DNA of 64,000 nt from a virus. The notes beneath the pieces were generated by a model. The model made no database searches and had not been told where the DNA came from. It saw only the letters and a program-made list of their open reading frames with translations. Position 1 is the stretch's first letter; every line of letters starts with the position of its first letter. This document shows, one piece after another, positions 9,281 to 19,039 of the stretch. The DNA is taken from positions 9,239 through 73,238 of IMG/VR virus record IMGVR_UViG_3300047666_000603, one strand, 5' to 3'. A program made the translations under genes and the position numbers.

Positions 9281-11428
9281 ATGTCTGTCACAAGTACTTC
9301 TGCGAAAATAAAGTTTACCATAGGTAGTTTTGACTACGATACAACGTTAGTTCTTCCCGCCACAACCGAAGAAAATAAACTCACATTAGAGTTTGAGGAA
9401 TTAGTAACAAGTCAGCTTACGGGTTGGGGTGATATTCCTAGAGATGTATACGTTCTATTAGATGTAAAGTTTGAGGGAGAGGATTGGTACAAGAACCCTC
9501 AATACGACAGCCCAAGCACAACCCTAGTCCCAACAGACCCCGATATTACAATTGTTCCAGACGCAAATCCAGCAACGGTAGAGACTGTAACGATAAACAA
9601 CCTTGTGCCTATGGTGACAGATATAAGTGGAGACATTTCTATTGGAACATACATAGTGAACGCTAAGTTTGTTTATTGGGCTAATGACACGGCATTTGGC
9701 TCTAGTGTTACAGCATTTACGGCAGACTTATCATGGGAGAGTAAGGAGCCAACACTTTCAGAGTGGTACGACACCCAAACCCCAAAACTACAAATAACAG
9801 ACGGTCAAAGCTACGTAATAGACGGGGTGACGGCAGATAGAGACACGGAGTTTGTTCTTTCCCCACCACAAAACAGAGCGGAAGTGGTAAACACCTTTGA
9901 CAACATTCAAAAGGTGTCTTACACAAGTTTTTGGACGGGAGGTAATGAGATGACCTATACGATTCTTCTCACCTACACATTCACCACCTACATCATTGAA
10001 AACGTACAGCAAGACTACAGTGCATTTACGGTGTACAATATAGACAACTGCAAAATATTTAATTGCCTCAAAGACCAATACGACATTTGGCAAGCGGCAA
10101 CTTGCGGAACAAAGAATGAAGTGGTGGCTAAGGACATGTTGTACAAAGCAACCTCAATAGCCTTACAAATAACACAAGGGTTAGGATGCAATAGCGATGA
10201 ATTGAGTGCGCTTATAGAAGACTTCAACACATTAGTAGACTGCGACTGCGGCTGCTTAGATGAAACACCAACACAACTTGGAAGCACAAGCACTGTAACG
10301 GCCACAAACCGACAAACTGTAACAGCAGACACAGCCACCACAACCATAGACCTAAGCGCGGGAAGTAACGTAACAATAAACGTAAGCGCAACTACAGAAT
10401 TAGACATCACTAATATTGAGCAGTTTACAAACTACAGATTAATATTTGTAGCCTCAGCAGGAGGGGAAGTGATTTCATTCCCATCAGCCGACTTTGAGGA
10501 TGACAACGGTGTAGTGGGTGATATAACGTTAGATGTGCGCGGCGTTCTTATACTTGATTTTTACGCATACCTATCCACTAAGCTAACATTAGTGAGTAGA
10601 AGTGATGCTGATGATTACGATAGAGATTTACAGCAAGTTTCCGCTACAACAGCAGCAACATCTGTAGATTTGAACGAGGGAAACATAGTTAATGTAGCTC
10701 TTGCTGTAGGGGGAGGCACAACAGAAATGAGTGTCACAAATATAAAGGAAAACGACGAATATATGTTTATATTTAGTCGGGGTTTTTCTACGCAAGAAGC
10801 AACATTCTCTTCCGATTTCAATGGCCCAAATGCCACTGTACCTTCTGTAACACCACTACTTGATGATAAAGTGGTTCTTTCATTTATAGCCACATCATCT
10901 AGTGAATTGACACTAACATCGAGAAGTGATGAAGTTACAAGCGCGGTGGAGACAGTGGTGGGAACGGCAACAGAAATAGACATTGACTCCGCAGATGCTC
11001 AAAATCCTATTGTTTCTTTAGCGGTGGAAGTAACAGCATCATTAGCTCTAGCCGACTCCGCATTGCAGAGTGGTGATAACGTGAGTGTGTTAACGAATGA
11101 TGCGGGGTATATTGTTGGTTCTTTTCAAGATGTTGGAGCGCAAACAAGCCCTTACACCATTAATTTTGCAAGCGGTAGTATAGCGTATTTAAGTTTTGCT
11201 AATGCCGCCATAACTATAGATGCTTCTAGCATAATTGAGGGAAGTGAGTATAAGATAATAATTAGAAATTCAGGCGCAGGCTCACAAGACGTAACCCTAA
11301 CAACAGACCCTTTTTGGTCTTTTGCAGCCATTTCCGTTGGTTCAACGCAAGTATTGGGGATTACTTTTGTTTGTGTTGATATTGGGGGTACAAATTACCT
11401 AGTTCCAACAGGTCAGCAAATAAACTAA
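9281..11428 (+). CDS. Virion tail-associated protein (hub/fibre-like) with three repeated beta domains
   Basis: Thr/Ser/Val-rich; central CDCGC Cys cluster; repeats TTIDLSAGSN / TSVDLNEGNI / TINFASGSI; heads a late operon. Confidence 0.55.
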   Translation: MSVTSTSAKIKFTIGSFDYDTTLVLPATTEENKLTLEFEELVTSQLTGWGDIPRDVYVLLDVKFEGEDWYKNPQYDSPSTTLVPTDPDITIVPDANPATVETVTINNLVPMVTDISGDISIGTYIVNAKFVYWANDTAFGSSVTAFTADLSWESKEPTLSEWYDTQTPKLQITDGQSYVIDGVTADRDTEFVLSPPQNRAEVVNTFDNIQKVSYTSFWTGGNEMTYTILLTYTFTTYIIENVQQDYSAFTVYNIDNCKIFNCLKDQYDIWQAATCGTKNEVVAKDMLYKATSIALQITQGLGCNSDELSALIEDFNTLVDCDCGCLDETPTQLGSTSTVTATNRQTVTADTATTTIDLSAGSNVTINVSATTELDITNIEQFTNYRLIFVASAGGEVISFPSADFEDDNGVVGDITLDVRGVLILDFYAYLSTKLTLVSRSDADDYDRDLQQVSATTAATSVDLNEGNIVNVALAVGGGTTEMSVTNIKENDEYMFIFSRGFSTQEATFSSDFNGPNATVPSVTPLLDDKVVLSFIATSSSELTLTSRSDEVTSAVETVVGTATEIDIDSADAQNPIVSLAVEVTASLALADSALQSGDNVSVLTNDAGYIVGSFQDVGAQTSPYTINFASGSIAYLSFANAAITIDASSIIEGSEYKIIIRNSGAGSQDVTLTTDPFWSFAAISVGSTQVLGITFVCVDIGGTNYLVPTGQQIN

Positions 11429-11431
11429 TAA

Positions 11432-12094
11432 ATGCTTATAAACGAAATATACGAGGTGTTTAGGCAGATGGTAAACTCCCAACAGTCGGGAGGGTATTTC
11501 AACGCCACAAATTTCAACAACTATTGCGACTACGCACAGAACGCTGTAATAAACGAACTAAGCGAAATAGCCGACTACAACCAAAGGGTGATAAGCCTTT
11601 CCTCGGACGTTTTAAAAACAGCCACAATAAACGTTGTAGACGGTATAGCAGCTCTACCAAGCGACTATTTCATATACTTGGATGCAAACGCTATGTTCTA
11701 CGACAATGATGCTAAGAAGTTCGAGGAATACCCCGCAGACTATGTGGGCAAAAGCGAGAGAGGTGAAAGACTTAGAAGCAAGATAGTAGACCCACAATCA
11801 GACTACCCTATAATTACAGAGGGGTTTGGAGGGCTTTTAGTAGAGCCGAGTGAAGTGAGTAGGATAAAATTAACATATTACTTTCAGCCTGACGCGCCAG
11901 TGTGGGCGGGAACAGACACCGTACCTCCCGTATTTGACCCCAACACAAGCACAGACTTCGTATTGGGTGATAAGTTCAAGAACATATTAGTGAATAAAAT
12001 CCTTTCCTACGCGGGAATAGAAATACGAGAGCCTTATTTGCTCCAAGCGACAACACAAAGCCTTATAAAACCAACAGGAAACCCCACTAACTAA
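11432..12094 (+). CDS. Tail ring/tubular protein (crAss ring-like)
   Basis: F..Y...AQN, LPSDY, LTY..QP, ILVNKILSYAGI pattern and size. Confidence 0.7.
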   Translation: MLINEIYEVFRQMVNSQQSGGYFNATNFNNYCDYAQNAVINELSEIADYNQRVISLSSDVLKTATINVVDGIAALPSDYFIYLDANAMFYDNDAKKFEEYPADYVGKSERGERLRSKIVDPQSDYPIITEGFGGLLVEPSEVSRIKLTYYFQPDAPVWAGTDTVPPVFDPNTSTDFVLGDKFKNILVNKILSYAGIEIREPYLLQATTQSLIKPTGNPTN

Positions 12095-12720
12095 TGGCAA
12101 CACCACACCCTATATCTCTAAGCAAAATAGGTGAGAGAGTTAAGAGGCTGTTAAGCGCAGGAAAAGACCTTGTAGAAAACAGGGTGACACAAAGGGATGC
12201 TGAATTAGCTGTAGCCGAAGCAAGGGATGAATCAATAGTGGAGTACTTAGGGCAGCTGAAAGCTGCGGGAGAACCCGCTATGCCATTTGATTTTATAAGC
12301 GAGAAAACCGTAACAGCAGAGAAGTCGGGGAACCTACACAAAGCAACCCTACCCACACGTCCTTTATCAATAGGAGGAAAAGCAAGCGGAATATTTACAG
12401 TGGTGTTTGAACAAGACCCCTCACACGAAATATTCCCAACAACAATAAGCCACAACACAATGTTTAAAGGCCAACCCGCAGAGAACATGGAGAGTGATGC
12501 TTATTACACACCATTCGAGGACACTTTAAGAATATGGGGGTTAGAAACCGATAGCTGCAATATAATAGTTCAATACGTACAAGTGGGAGAACAGTTTGAT
12601 GCAGATGAATATTTCGCTGTGCCACCCGAACTTATTGATACGATAGTGGCTAAAGCCGTTAAAATGCTCTCAATGCAACTTTCCCAAGAAGACCCATTTA
12701 CCGACGCGAAGAACCTTTAA
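12094..12720 (+). CDS. Tail ring protein
   Basis: Coupled to previous gene; C-terminal VPPELIDTIV motif typical of ring/adaptor proteins. Confidence 0.6.
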   Translation: MATPHPISLSKIGERVKRLLSAGKDLVENRVTQRDAELAVAEARDESIVEYLGQLKAAGEPAMPFDFISEKTVTAEKSGNLHKATLPTRPLSIGGKASGIFTVVFEQDPSHEIFPTTISHNTMFKGQPAENMESDAYYTPFEDTLRIWGLETDSCNIIVQYVQVGEQFDADEYFAVPPELIDTIVAKAVKMLSMQLSQEDPFTDAKNL

Positions 12721-13583
12721 CTAATCACTTGCCCTTTAAATAGGTTGAAGTTCATTACAATATCCCCACTTTCTACAAGTATTATAATATGTTCTGCGTA
12801 ACGCGCACGACTCTTTGTTTGATAAACAAGGGCCACCTTTCCATTAAACGGTAGTTTAGGATTATGAAGCCTAGCTAATCTTTGGTGTTTCGCGGGAACA
12901 CAGTCATACTTTATTTGAGCCGCCTTATTACCCGTAATAATAATACCATTACGCTCATACTCCAAACCCTCAAACTCATCCATCTTATAGAACTTACCGT
13001 AGGCTTCTCCATCAACAGACGCCACTCTGCTTTTCATTACAGCCCAATACTGCACTTCTTTCTGCCAAAACTCAACACGTCTTCCGTGTATGTATTCTAT
13101 TTCAGAGCCAACAGGAATATCATCCTCATTGCTATTCACCACCTCAAGAATGTTTGGATTCTCCGCATTATACAAAGCAATCCCATTCTTCTCCTCTATC
13201 TTATGCTCTTTCGTTTTACCCAACACCCAATTATCACTATAAGCCGTTGTAATATCCGCACCAACAAAAGCAACCCCACCATCCTTAAAATGATAAATAG
13301 GCTTGTCTTCATACTCACCAAAATGCTCATCACCAATAAAACTACTATCAACAACAGTGTTAGCCACCCATAGATGAGAGCCTATTGGATACTTAGCCCC
13401 TTCCGTTCTACCTATAACCTCCACATGATTTGAGAAGTTAGTGTATTTACCCACACCTGTACGCGGCCTCATTTCAATTTCAATACCTGTGTCTCCAAGT
13501 TCAAACTTATCAAAGCCATCCTTCACCTCTACGGAGAAGTATTTCTCGTTAACATCTTCTAAGTTTTCAACAATCCTTGTCAT
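12717..13583 (-). CDS. Tandem GroES/Cpn10-like co-chaperonin
   Basis: Repeated GroES-like units (NWVL..EEKNGIAL..EVV..IPVGSEIEY). Confidence 0.5.
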   Translation of the reverse strand: MTRIVENLEDVNEKYFSVEVKDGFDKFELGDTGIEIEMRPRTGVGKYTNFSNHVEVIGRTEGAKYPIGSHLWVANTVVDSSFIGDEHFGEYEDKPIYHFKDGGVAFVGADITTAYSDNWVLGKTKEHKIEEKNGIALYNAENPNILEVVNSNEDDIPVGSEIEYIHGRRVEFWQKEVQYWAVMKSRVASVDGEAYGKFYKMDEFEGLEYERNGIIITGNKAAQIKYDCVPAKHQRLARLHNPKLPFNGKVALVYQTKSRARYAEHIIILVESGDIVMNFNLFKGQVIS

Positions 13584-13625
13584 ATAGCTATAAGTGTTTT
13601 ATATTTACGTGCAAATATAAACAAA

Positions 13626-14798
13626 ATGAACGAAGAAACAAAGGACTTAAAAATGTGGTGTGTAGAACAGGCACTAACCGCTGCGGGCAAACAATACACA
13701 GGCCCGAACGAGGGATTCCCCGAATACCATAACAACACAACTCTCATCGAATTAGCAATCAAAATATACGACTTTCTCAAAGAAGATGGACACACAGACA
13801 CTAATTAACGCGATAGGGGATATTCATTTCCCTAATGAAAAAGCAATACTTAAAGTGAGGGCTTCGGTCTGGTATAAAAGCCTATCAATTAAGGAGAAAT
13901 CACAAACCGAAGAGGACGTAAGGAGGCTACTCGATCAAACACAAAAAGCTCTTTTAGGGGTGCATGAGGTTTACTCCACCCCATTTGACCGCATCACCAT
14001 ACTTTCAATGTTCCATGAGCCAGTGAATCTAATATGGAAAGAGGACAAAACGGTATTAAACGGTAAGCGGGTGAAGCGGCATTACTTCTCATTAGACAAC
14101 GTAGACTACAAGCCAAAAACAATAGCAGACTTTGTTAGTTTGATAGATAGCTTGGAAAGGCATAAGCTCACTCCTAAGTTTTCGGGGGATAAAAGCTCGG
14201 CAGCATTACTATGGAACAAGAGCCGCAATAACACTCAATAGCCATGAAGGGAGTAATTTCGGGAAAACAGAACAGCATGGAGGAAATCTACGTACACTAC
14301 ACAGACGAAGATGGGGAAGAACACACATCCATACATTTCGTAGACCCCGAACTAGCGAACTACATACAGGCGTTAGAGAATGACATAGAGGCGTTATCTA
14401 CGGAAGTGGAGGGCGCAGAGGATACAGCGGAGTATTGGAAACGAATGTTAACCGTCCACATCACAAGCGGAATAAAAGCTAACTAAATGGATTGTAAAGA
14501 GTTAAAAGTATTTTACGAAAAGGTGACGGAAAGCCCTCACTTTATGGTGTACCTCACATTGCAGAATAAGTTAAGGCAAGTGTGTGAGAGTTTCGATGGA
14601 GTGTTCATTGACATCACCTCCGACGACAAAACCTTTGACAACCTAATGAAGTTTAACAAGCAAGCATTAGACGTGTTAGAGGACATGGAGAAGATATGGA
14701 GCAAGATAGATTCATCAAAACAAGCGGAACTTCGAGCAAGCCAAAGGGAGGCGGGAGAAGCATCATTAGAAAGTATGCTAAAGAAATTCAGAGAATGA
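13626..14798 (+). CDS. Four small hypothetical genes (13626-13808, 13786-14241, 14244-14486, 14487-14798)
   Basis: Abutting co-oriented ORFs. Confidence 0.6.
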
Positions 14799-14903
14799 GC
14801 ATTTTTACAGGAGTGAACACAACGTCAGATGATGAGTTTGACGAGATAGTGTATTTCCTATACGGAGAATTTGAACATTGCGAAACAACCTATATTACAA
14901 CAC

Positions 14904-15953
14904 ATGAGTAGTAAGAGAGTTCGTCTGAAACAAGATGAAGTAGAAGTTGTCGATAATTACAGGAGAATAAAAGAGGAAGCGAAAGCGGAGGGTATTCCTG
15001 TTTCAGCCATAAGTTCTGGTTGGATAAAGAATAAGAGCGCAAGCCTACATTTCAAGAACCCTTTATTTGAAGGGAGCGGCGTAAAACCCGAAGAAGTGAA
15101 AAAAAAGTTTCGCGAGGAGATGATGCAATACTCCCCGAAATACGAAGCAATAGTTAGGCCCAAGTTAAAAGAGCCGCACCTATTTGTTTTAAGCATAGCA
15201 GACCTCCATATAGGTAAGCTATCCACTCCAACAAGCACTAGGGAGAAATACGGAACGAAAGTGGCTGTAAAGAGAGCTAAGGAGGCTACAAACGCATTAC
15301 TCAATCGCGCACTAGGATACGACATAGATCAAATACTACTTCCATGCGGAAATGACCTACTTCATGTGGACAACTCAAACAAAACCACCACAAGAGGAAC
15401 CCCGCAAGATGTAGATGGGAATTGGCACGATAACTTCACCGCAGCAAGAAAACTGTATGTAGAGATAATAGAACAACTCATGCAAGTGGCAGACGTACAC
15501 ATTTGCCACATACCGTCAAACCACGATTACGTAACAGGGTATTGCCTAACAGATGCACTTTACTGTTGGTTTAATAAGTCGGACAACGTAACATTCGACC
15601 TAGACATGAACCACAGAAAGTATTATCAATACAGCAATAATCTAATTGGTGTTAGTCATGGTGATGGAGCGAAGATGCCCGAACTCCCGCTTCTTATGGC
15701 AAACGAATCAGCAAAACAATGGGCAGACACAGACTACAGATACTTTTATTTAGGCCACATACATCATAAGGATGTATTTAAGTTTAGAAGCGGAAAAGAC
15801 TACCAAGGAGTGACGGTGGAGTATTTAAGAAGCCCAAGCGCGGCGGATAGGTGGCACAGCGACAATGGCTATCAACACGCTAAAACAGCAATAGAAGCAT
15901 TTATACATAGCCCAAATGAAGGTCAGGTGGCGAGAATAACCTACAACTTCTAG
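14904..15953 (+). CDS. Calcineurin-like metallophosphoesterase
   Basis: DLHIG, GNDLLH, NHD, HGD, GHIHH motifs. Confidence 0.88.
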   Translation: MSSKRVRLKQDEVEVVDNYRRIKEEAKAEGIPVSAISSGWIKNKSASLHFKNPLFEGSGVKPEEVKKKFREEMMQYSPKYEAIVRPKLKEPHLFVLSIADLHIGKLSTPTSTREKYGTKVAVKRAKEATNALLNRALGYDIDQILLPCGNDLLHVDNSNKTTTRGTPQDVDGNWHDNFTAARKLYVEIIEQLMQVADVHICHIPSNHDYVTGYCLTDALYCWFNKSDNVTFDLDMNHRKYYQYSNNLIGVSHGDGAKMPELPLLMANESAKQWADTDYRYFYLGHIHHKDVFKFRSGKDYQGVTVEYLRSPSAADRWHSDNGYQHAKTAIEAFIHSPNEGQVARITYNF

Positions 15954-15963
15954 TTTTTATTCG

Positions 15964-15971
15964 TATATTTG
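15964..15971 (+). promoter_or_regulatory. -7 box TATATTTG directly upstream of array 2
   Basis: TAnnTTTG, 13 nt before AAC 15985. Confidence 0.6.
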
Positions 15972-16056
15972 GAGGGTTAATTACAACGGTTTAAATATAG
16001 TGTCGTGGCGCACCCAATAAATGCCACTAAACTTAAAAATTGGTAAATATTTGATT

Positions 16057-16272
16057 ATGAAAAACAGACTTAAATTTAACCTGCGCTATGCACTATATTT
16101 TGTGTTGTGTGTAGTGCTTTTATCTAGCTGCGTTGAACGTAGGTGCTATGATGAAGAGCATATACTGTTAATAACCGAAAATGCCTTTTTAGAAGGATAT
16201 AAAGCAGCATTAATGAAGCAGCACCAAGATAGTGCGTGGAATAATGTGAAACAGCAATACAAGTTTGACTAG
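16057..16272 (+). CDS. Putative lipoprotein spanning a cassette junction
   Basis: MKNRLK..YALYFVLCVVLLSS-C lipobox. Confidence 0.6.
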   Translation: MKNRLKFNLRYALYFVLCVVLLSSCVERRCYDEEHILLITENAFLEGYKAALMKQHQDSAWNNVKQQYKFD

Positions 16273-16322
16273 TATTACACACAATGGACAAGGCTAAACG
16301 AAGTAATTTAAAAAGATTTGAA

Positions 16323-16589
16323 ATGATAAAACTAAAAGCAGAAGTAAACAAAAGTGCAGTAATGAGAGAATTACAAGCAAAAGCAATTGAAAGATTTAAA
16401 GACTCTTGGCAACCTGAATTACAAGTACAAGCCTACATGAATGGAGCGCATGACCTTTTTAAATTATTGCGTTTAGGTGATGTTAGCGTTTCGTTTACGG
16501 ATAGATTATTTGAAATAGCTTATGATTACGAATCTTCCGTAAGCGAACGAATGGAACAAATAAAGACCTTATTAGTAAATGAACGCTAA
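16323..16589 (+). CDS. Junction-spanning cassette ORF (LRLGD-V-SVSF)
   Basis: GTT 16482 in frame, stop in TAAC core; ORF track starts at 16284. Confidence 0.65.
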   Translation: MIKLKAEVNKSAVMRELQAKAIERFKDSWQPELQVQAYMNGAHDLFKLLRLGDVSVSFTDRLFEIAYDYESSVSERMEQIKTLLVNER

Positions 16590-16642
16590 CACCAAGCTAT
16601 AAAGCGTTTCAATGCTTTTATAGCGTCTGTTGTGATTTAATA

Positions 16643-16678
16643 CAATAACAAGCCCTCACTAGCAATCGCTTAAATTTG
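16643..16678 (+). promoter_or_regulatory. Putative late promoter CAATAAC-N21-TAAATTTG (portal)
   Basis: Motif copy. Confidence 0.7.
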
Positions 16679-16696
16679 CCCCTAAAGCAAATTTTT

Positions 16697-19039
16697 GTGG
16701 CTAAAACATCAGGTTATATAGGGGCGTTTCCGAGCGAAATTGATAGTCCCGAACAGAAAGCAAAAGAAGAATGGGGGTTAAAGTACGCTCAAGCCATTGT
16801 ATCTTCGTCTGAAAGATCAGATGAAACCTACACTGATAGAAAGGATAGATGGGAAGAGAACAGGCGATACGGTCGCGGCCTCCAAGATATAGATAAGCTA
16901 AAACCAAAAGCAATACCCACAGAGAACGAGTGGGCAACCCTTCCATACGACATAGGAACACCCGTTCCAAAGCAAATCCGTGTCATACAAGAAACCATTT
17001 ACTCCCACCCATACAAACCAAAGGTGGAAGTATTTGACAGCCACAGCCACAGCAGACTAGAGCGAAGAAAGAACGAACTTCTAGCCAAGATGCAGCTTAG
17101 TAAAGAAGTGGCTAACATGAAAGCAGAGGGCATCCTACCTGAGCAATTGAGTTTTCAAAAGCTAGATGGTGCGCCAAAAGACGCGCATGAAGTGGAGATG
17201 TACCTAAAAACCAACGCTAAAACCATTGAGGAAATAGCAATAGAGAAGTTGGTGAGGCGGTCTTTTGCTAGATGTAATATGCCTGCTATTGAGAAGAGGT
17301 TTGTTAGAGATGCTGCCGAAATTCAATGGATGGCTTCGTATACAGGTATAGATGACAATGGTAACTTCTACGCTGAATATATAGACCCAATGCTATCTGG
17401 TTCAAGCTACGTGGAGAACGAAGACTTCTCTGACATGACTTGGGCATATCACGTAAGCTACATAACGGTTGGTGAGTTCCGAGACAAGATGCCCCACCTA
17501 AATGACGACCAAGTTCTAAGTGTCATTCGGCAGAACGTAGGAAACAGACTAAAAGACGACTACAACCTAGAGTTAGGAACACGAAACTACTTCAACCTTT
17601 CATCCGACGAGAGAAACGCACTTGACAGCGTACTCATTGAAGTACTTAATTTTGAAACCCTACAATCAGACAGAGTAACTTACGTAGAGAAAAAACTAAG
17701 CACAGGCGGTTTTGACATAAAGAAAAGAAGTGCTGATTACGAAGGGCCAAAAGACCCCGACTCAAAAAAGAAAACACATAAAGGAATTATAGAGAGAATA
17801 TACAAAGGATGCTTCATAATGAAGACACAGTATATGCTCAAGTGGGGATTAAAGGAAGGCGTAGCATACAAGGTGAGAAAAGGCAAGATGATACACAAGC
17901 CTTTGTTTGGATATGTATTCTACGCACCGGGTATCCTAAACATGGTGAACAAGTCATTAGTGGAAGAAGTGAGACCTCACATTGACACAATGGGTATTCT
18001 TCAACTAAAGATGCTTCACTTTATTGCTTTAGCAGACCCACCCGGTCACGCAATAGACATAACATCAGTTGTAGAGGCAATCAAAGGAATGGGAATGGAA
18101 GGCTTAAAGCCTAAGGACATTGCCGAGATGAAGTCATGGACGGGAAACTACTACTACGCCTCCCGCGATGAAATGGGTAACGCCATAGTACAACCGGGTA
18201 TGAAGCCAATAGAGTTTCAGCCAAGCACACTAGACCAAGCCGTAGAACGATTTGCAATGCTCTACAACAATGAATTGCAGAAAGTGAAGGAAATCTTAGG
18301 CGTGAATGACGCGGTGGATGGAAGCACTCCCGACAAGAAAGCATTAGTGGGTGTTCAAAACCAAGCAATAGCCGCACACAAGACAAGCGTAAGATACTTG
18401 CAGCAAGCTTACCTACATATGGTGCAGGAAATAGCCCAACGCTGCGCCTACTACCAACAACTCGCCATAAAGGAAGGAACTATAAGCGATGAGATGAAAG
18501 ACCTCCTCAGCGAACCTGAATTTGCTGTATTAGATGCAAAGAAGATTGGGGAGCTTATGTATAACATCAAAATGGAACTACTCCCCGACGCGCAGCAGCA
18601 AGCAGAACTTCGGGAACAACTAAACATAGCATTACAGCAAGGAATGATAAGCGTCGATGACGTTATAATGATACAGCGAGTAGCTAAGGAGAGCTTGGAG
18701 AAAGCCGAGGAGATATTTCAAATGCGCGTAGAAAGGAAGCGTGTACAGCAGCAAGAAGCCTCACAACAGCAAATGCAAGCAGAGCAGCAAGCCGCAATGC
18801 AAATACTACAAGCCGAAGCCCAAAGAGATATGCAAATCAACGCTGCTAAAATGGAGATGGAAAACGCGAAAGGCGAAATAGAAATTGCAGCCATACGGGA
18901 AAAAGGAATAGAGGCGCGGATGTCTATGACGGAAGAATACGACCGCAAAGAAAAACTAGCAGAAAAACAAGCTGAACTAGAAGCTCAATACGGAGACACA
19001 AAATCAGAATCGAAGAACACCCCTGCAACACCTAGATAA
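16697..19039 (+). CDS. Portal protein (crAss-like)
   Basis: About 780 aa; N-terminal FP...K..EEWGLKYAQAI; LGVNDAVDGSTPDKKALVGVQ; Gln-rich coiled-coil C-terminus; probable GTG start. Confidence 0.88.
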   Translation: MAKTSGYIGAFPSEIDSPEQKAKEEWGLKYAQAIVSSSERSDETYTDRKDRWEENRRYGRGLQDIDKLKPKAIPTENEWATLPYDIGTPVPKQIRVIQETIYSHPYKPKVEVFDSHSHSRLERRKNELLAKMQLSKEVANMKAEGILPEQLSFQKLDGAPKDAHEVEMYLKTNAKTIEEIAIEKLVRRSFARCNMPAIEKRFVRDAAEIQWMASYTGIDDNGNFYAEYIDPMLSGSSYVENEDFSDMTWAYHVSYITVGEFRDKMPHLNDDQVLSVIRQNVGNRLKDDYNLELGTRNYFNLSSDERNALDSVLIEVLNFETLQSDRVTYVEKKLSTGGFDIKKRSADYEGPKDPDSKKKTHKGIIERIYKGCFIMKTQYMLKWGLKEGVAYKVRKGKMIHKPLFGYVFYAPGILNMVNKSLVEEVRPHIDTMGILQLKMLHFIALADPPGHAIDITSVVEAIKGMGMEGLKPKDIAEMKSWTGNYYYASRDEMGNAIVQPGMKPIEFQPSTLDQAVERFAMLYNNELQKVKEILGVNDAVDGSTPDKKALVGVQNQAIAAHKTSVRYLQQAYLHMVQEIAQRCAYYQQLAIKEGTISDEMKDLLSEPEFAVLDAKKIGELMYNIKMELLPDAQQQAELREQLNIALQQGMISVDDVIMIQRVAKESLEKAEEIFQMRVERKRVQQQEASQQQMQAEQQAAMQILQAEAQRDMQINAAKMEMENAKGEIEIAAIREKGIEARMSMTEEYDRKEKLAEKQAELEAQYGDTKSESKNTPATPR

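Larger units (their letters stand above)
15985..16637 (+). mobile_element. Integron-like cassette array 2 (two cassettes)
   Basis: Hairpins 15985-16106, 16283-16484, 16588-16631; outer cores aattacaac / gttgtgatt complementary. Confidence 0.82.
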
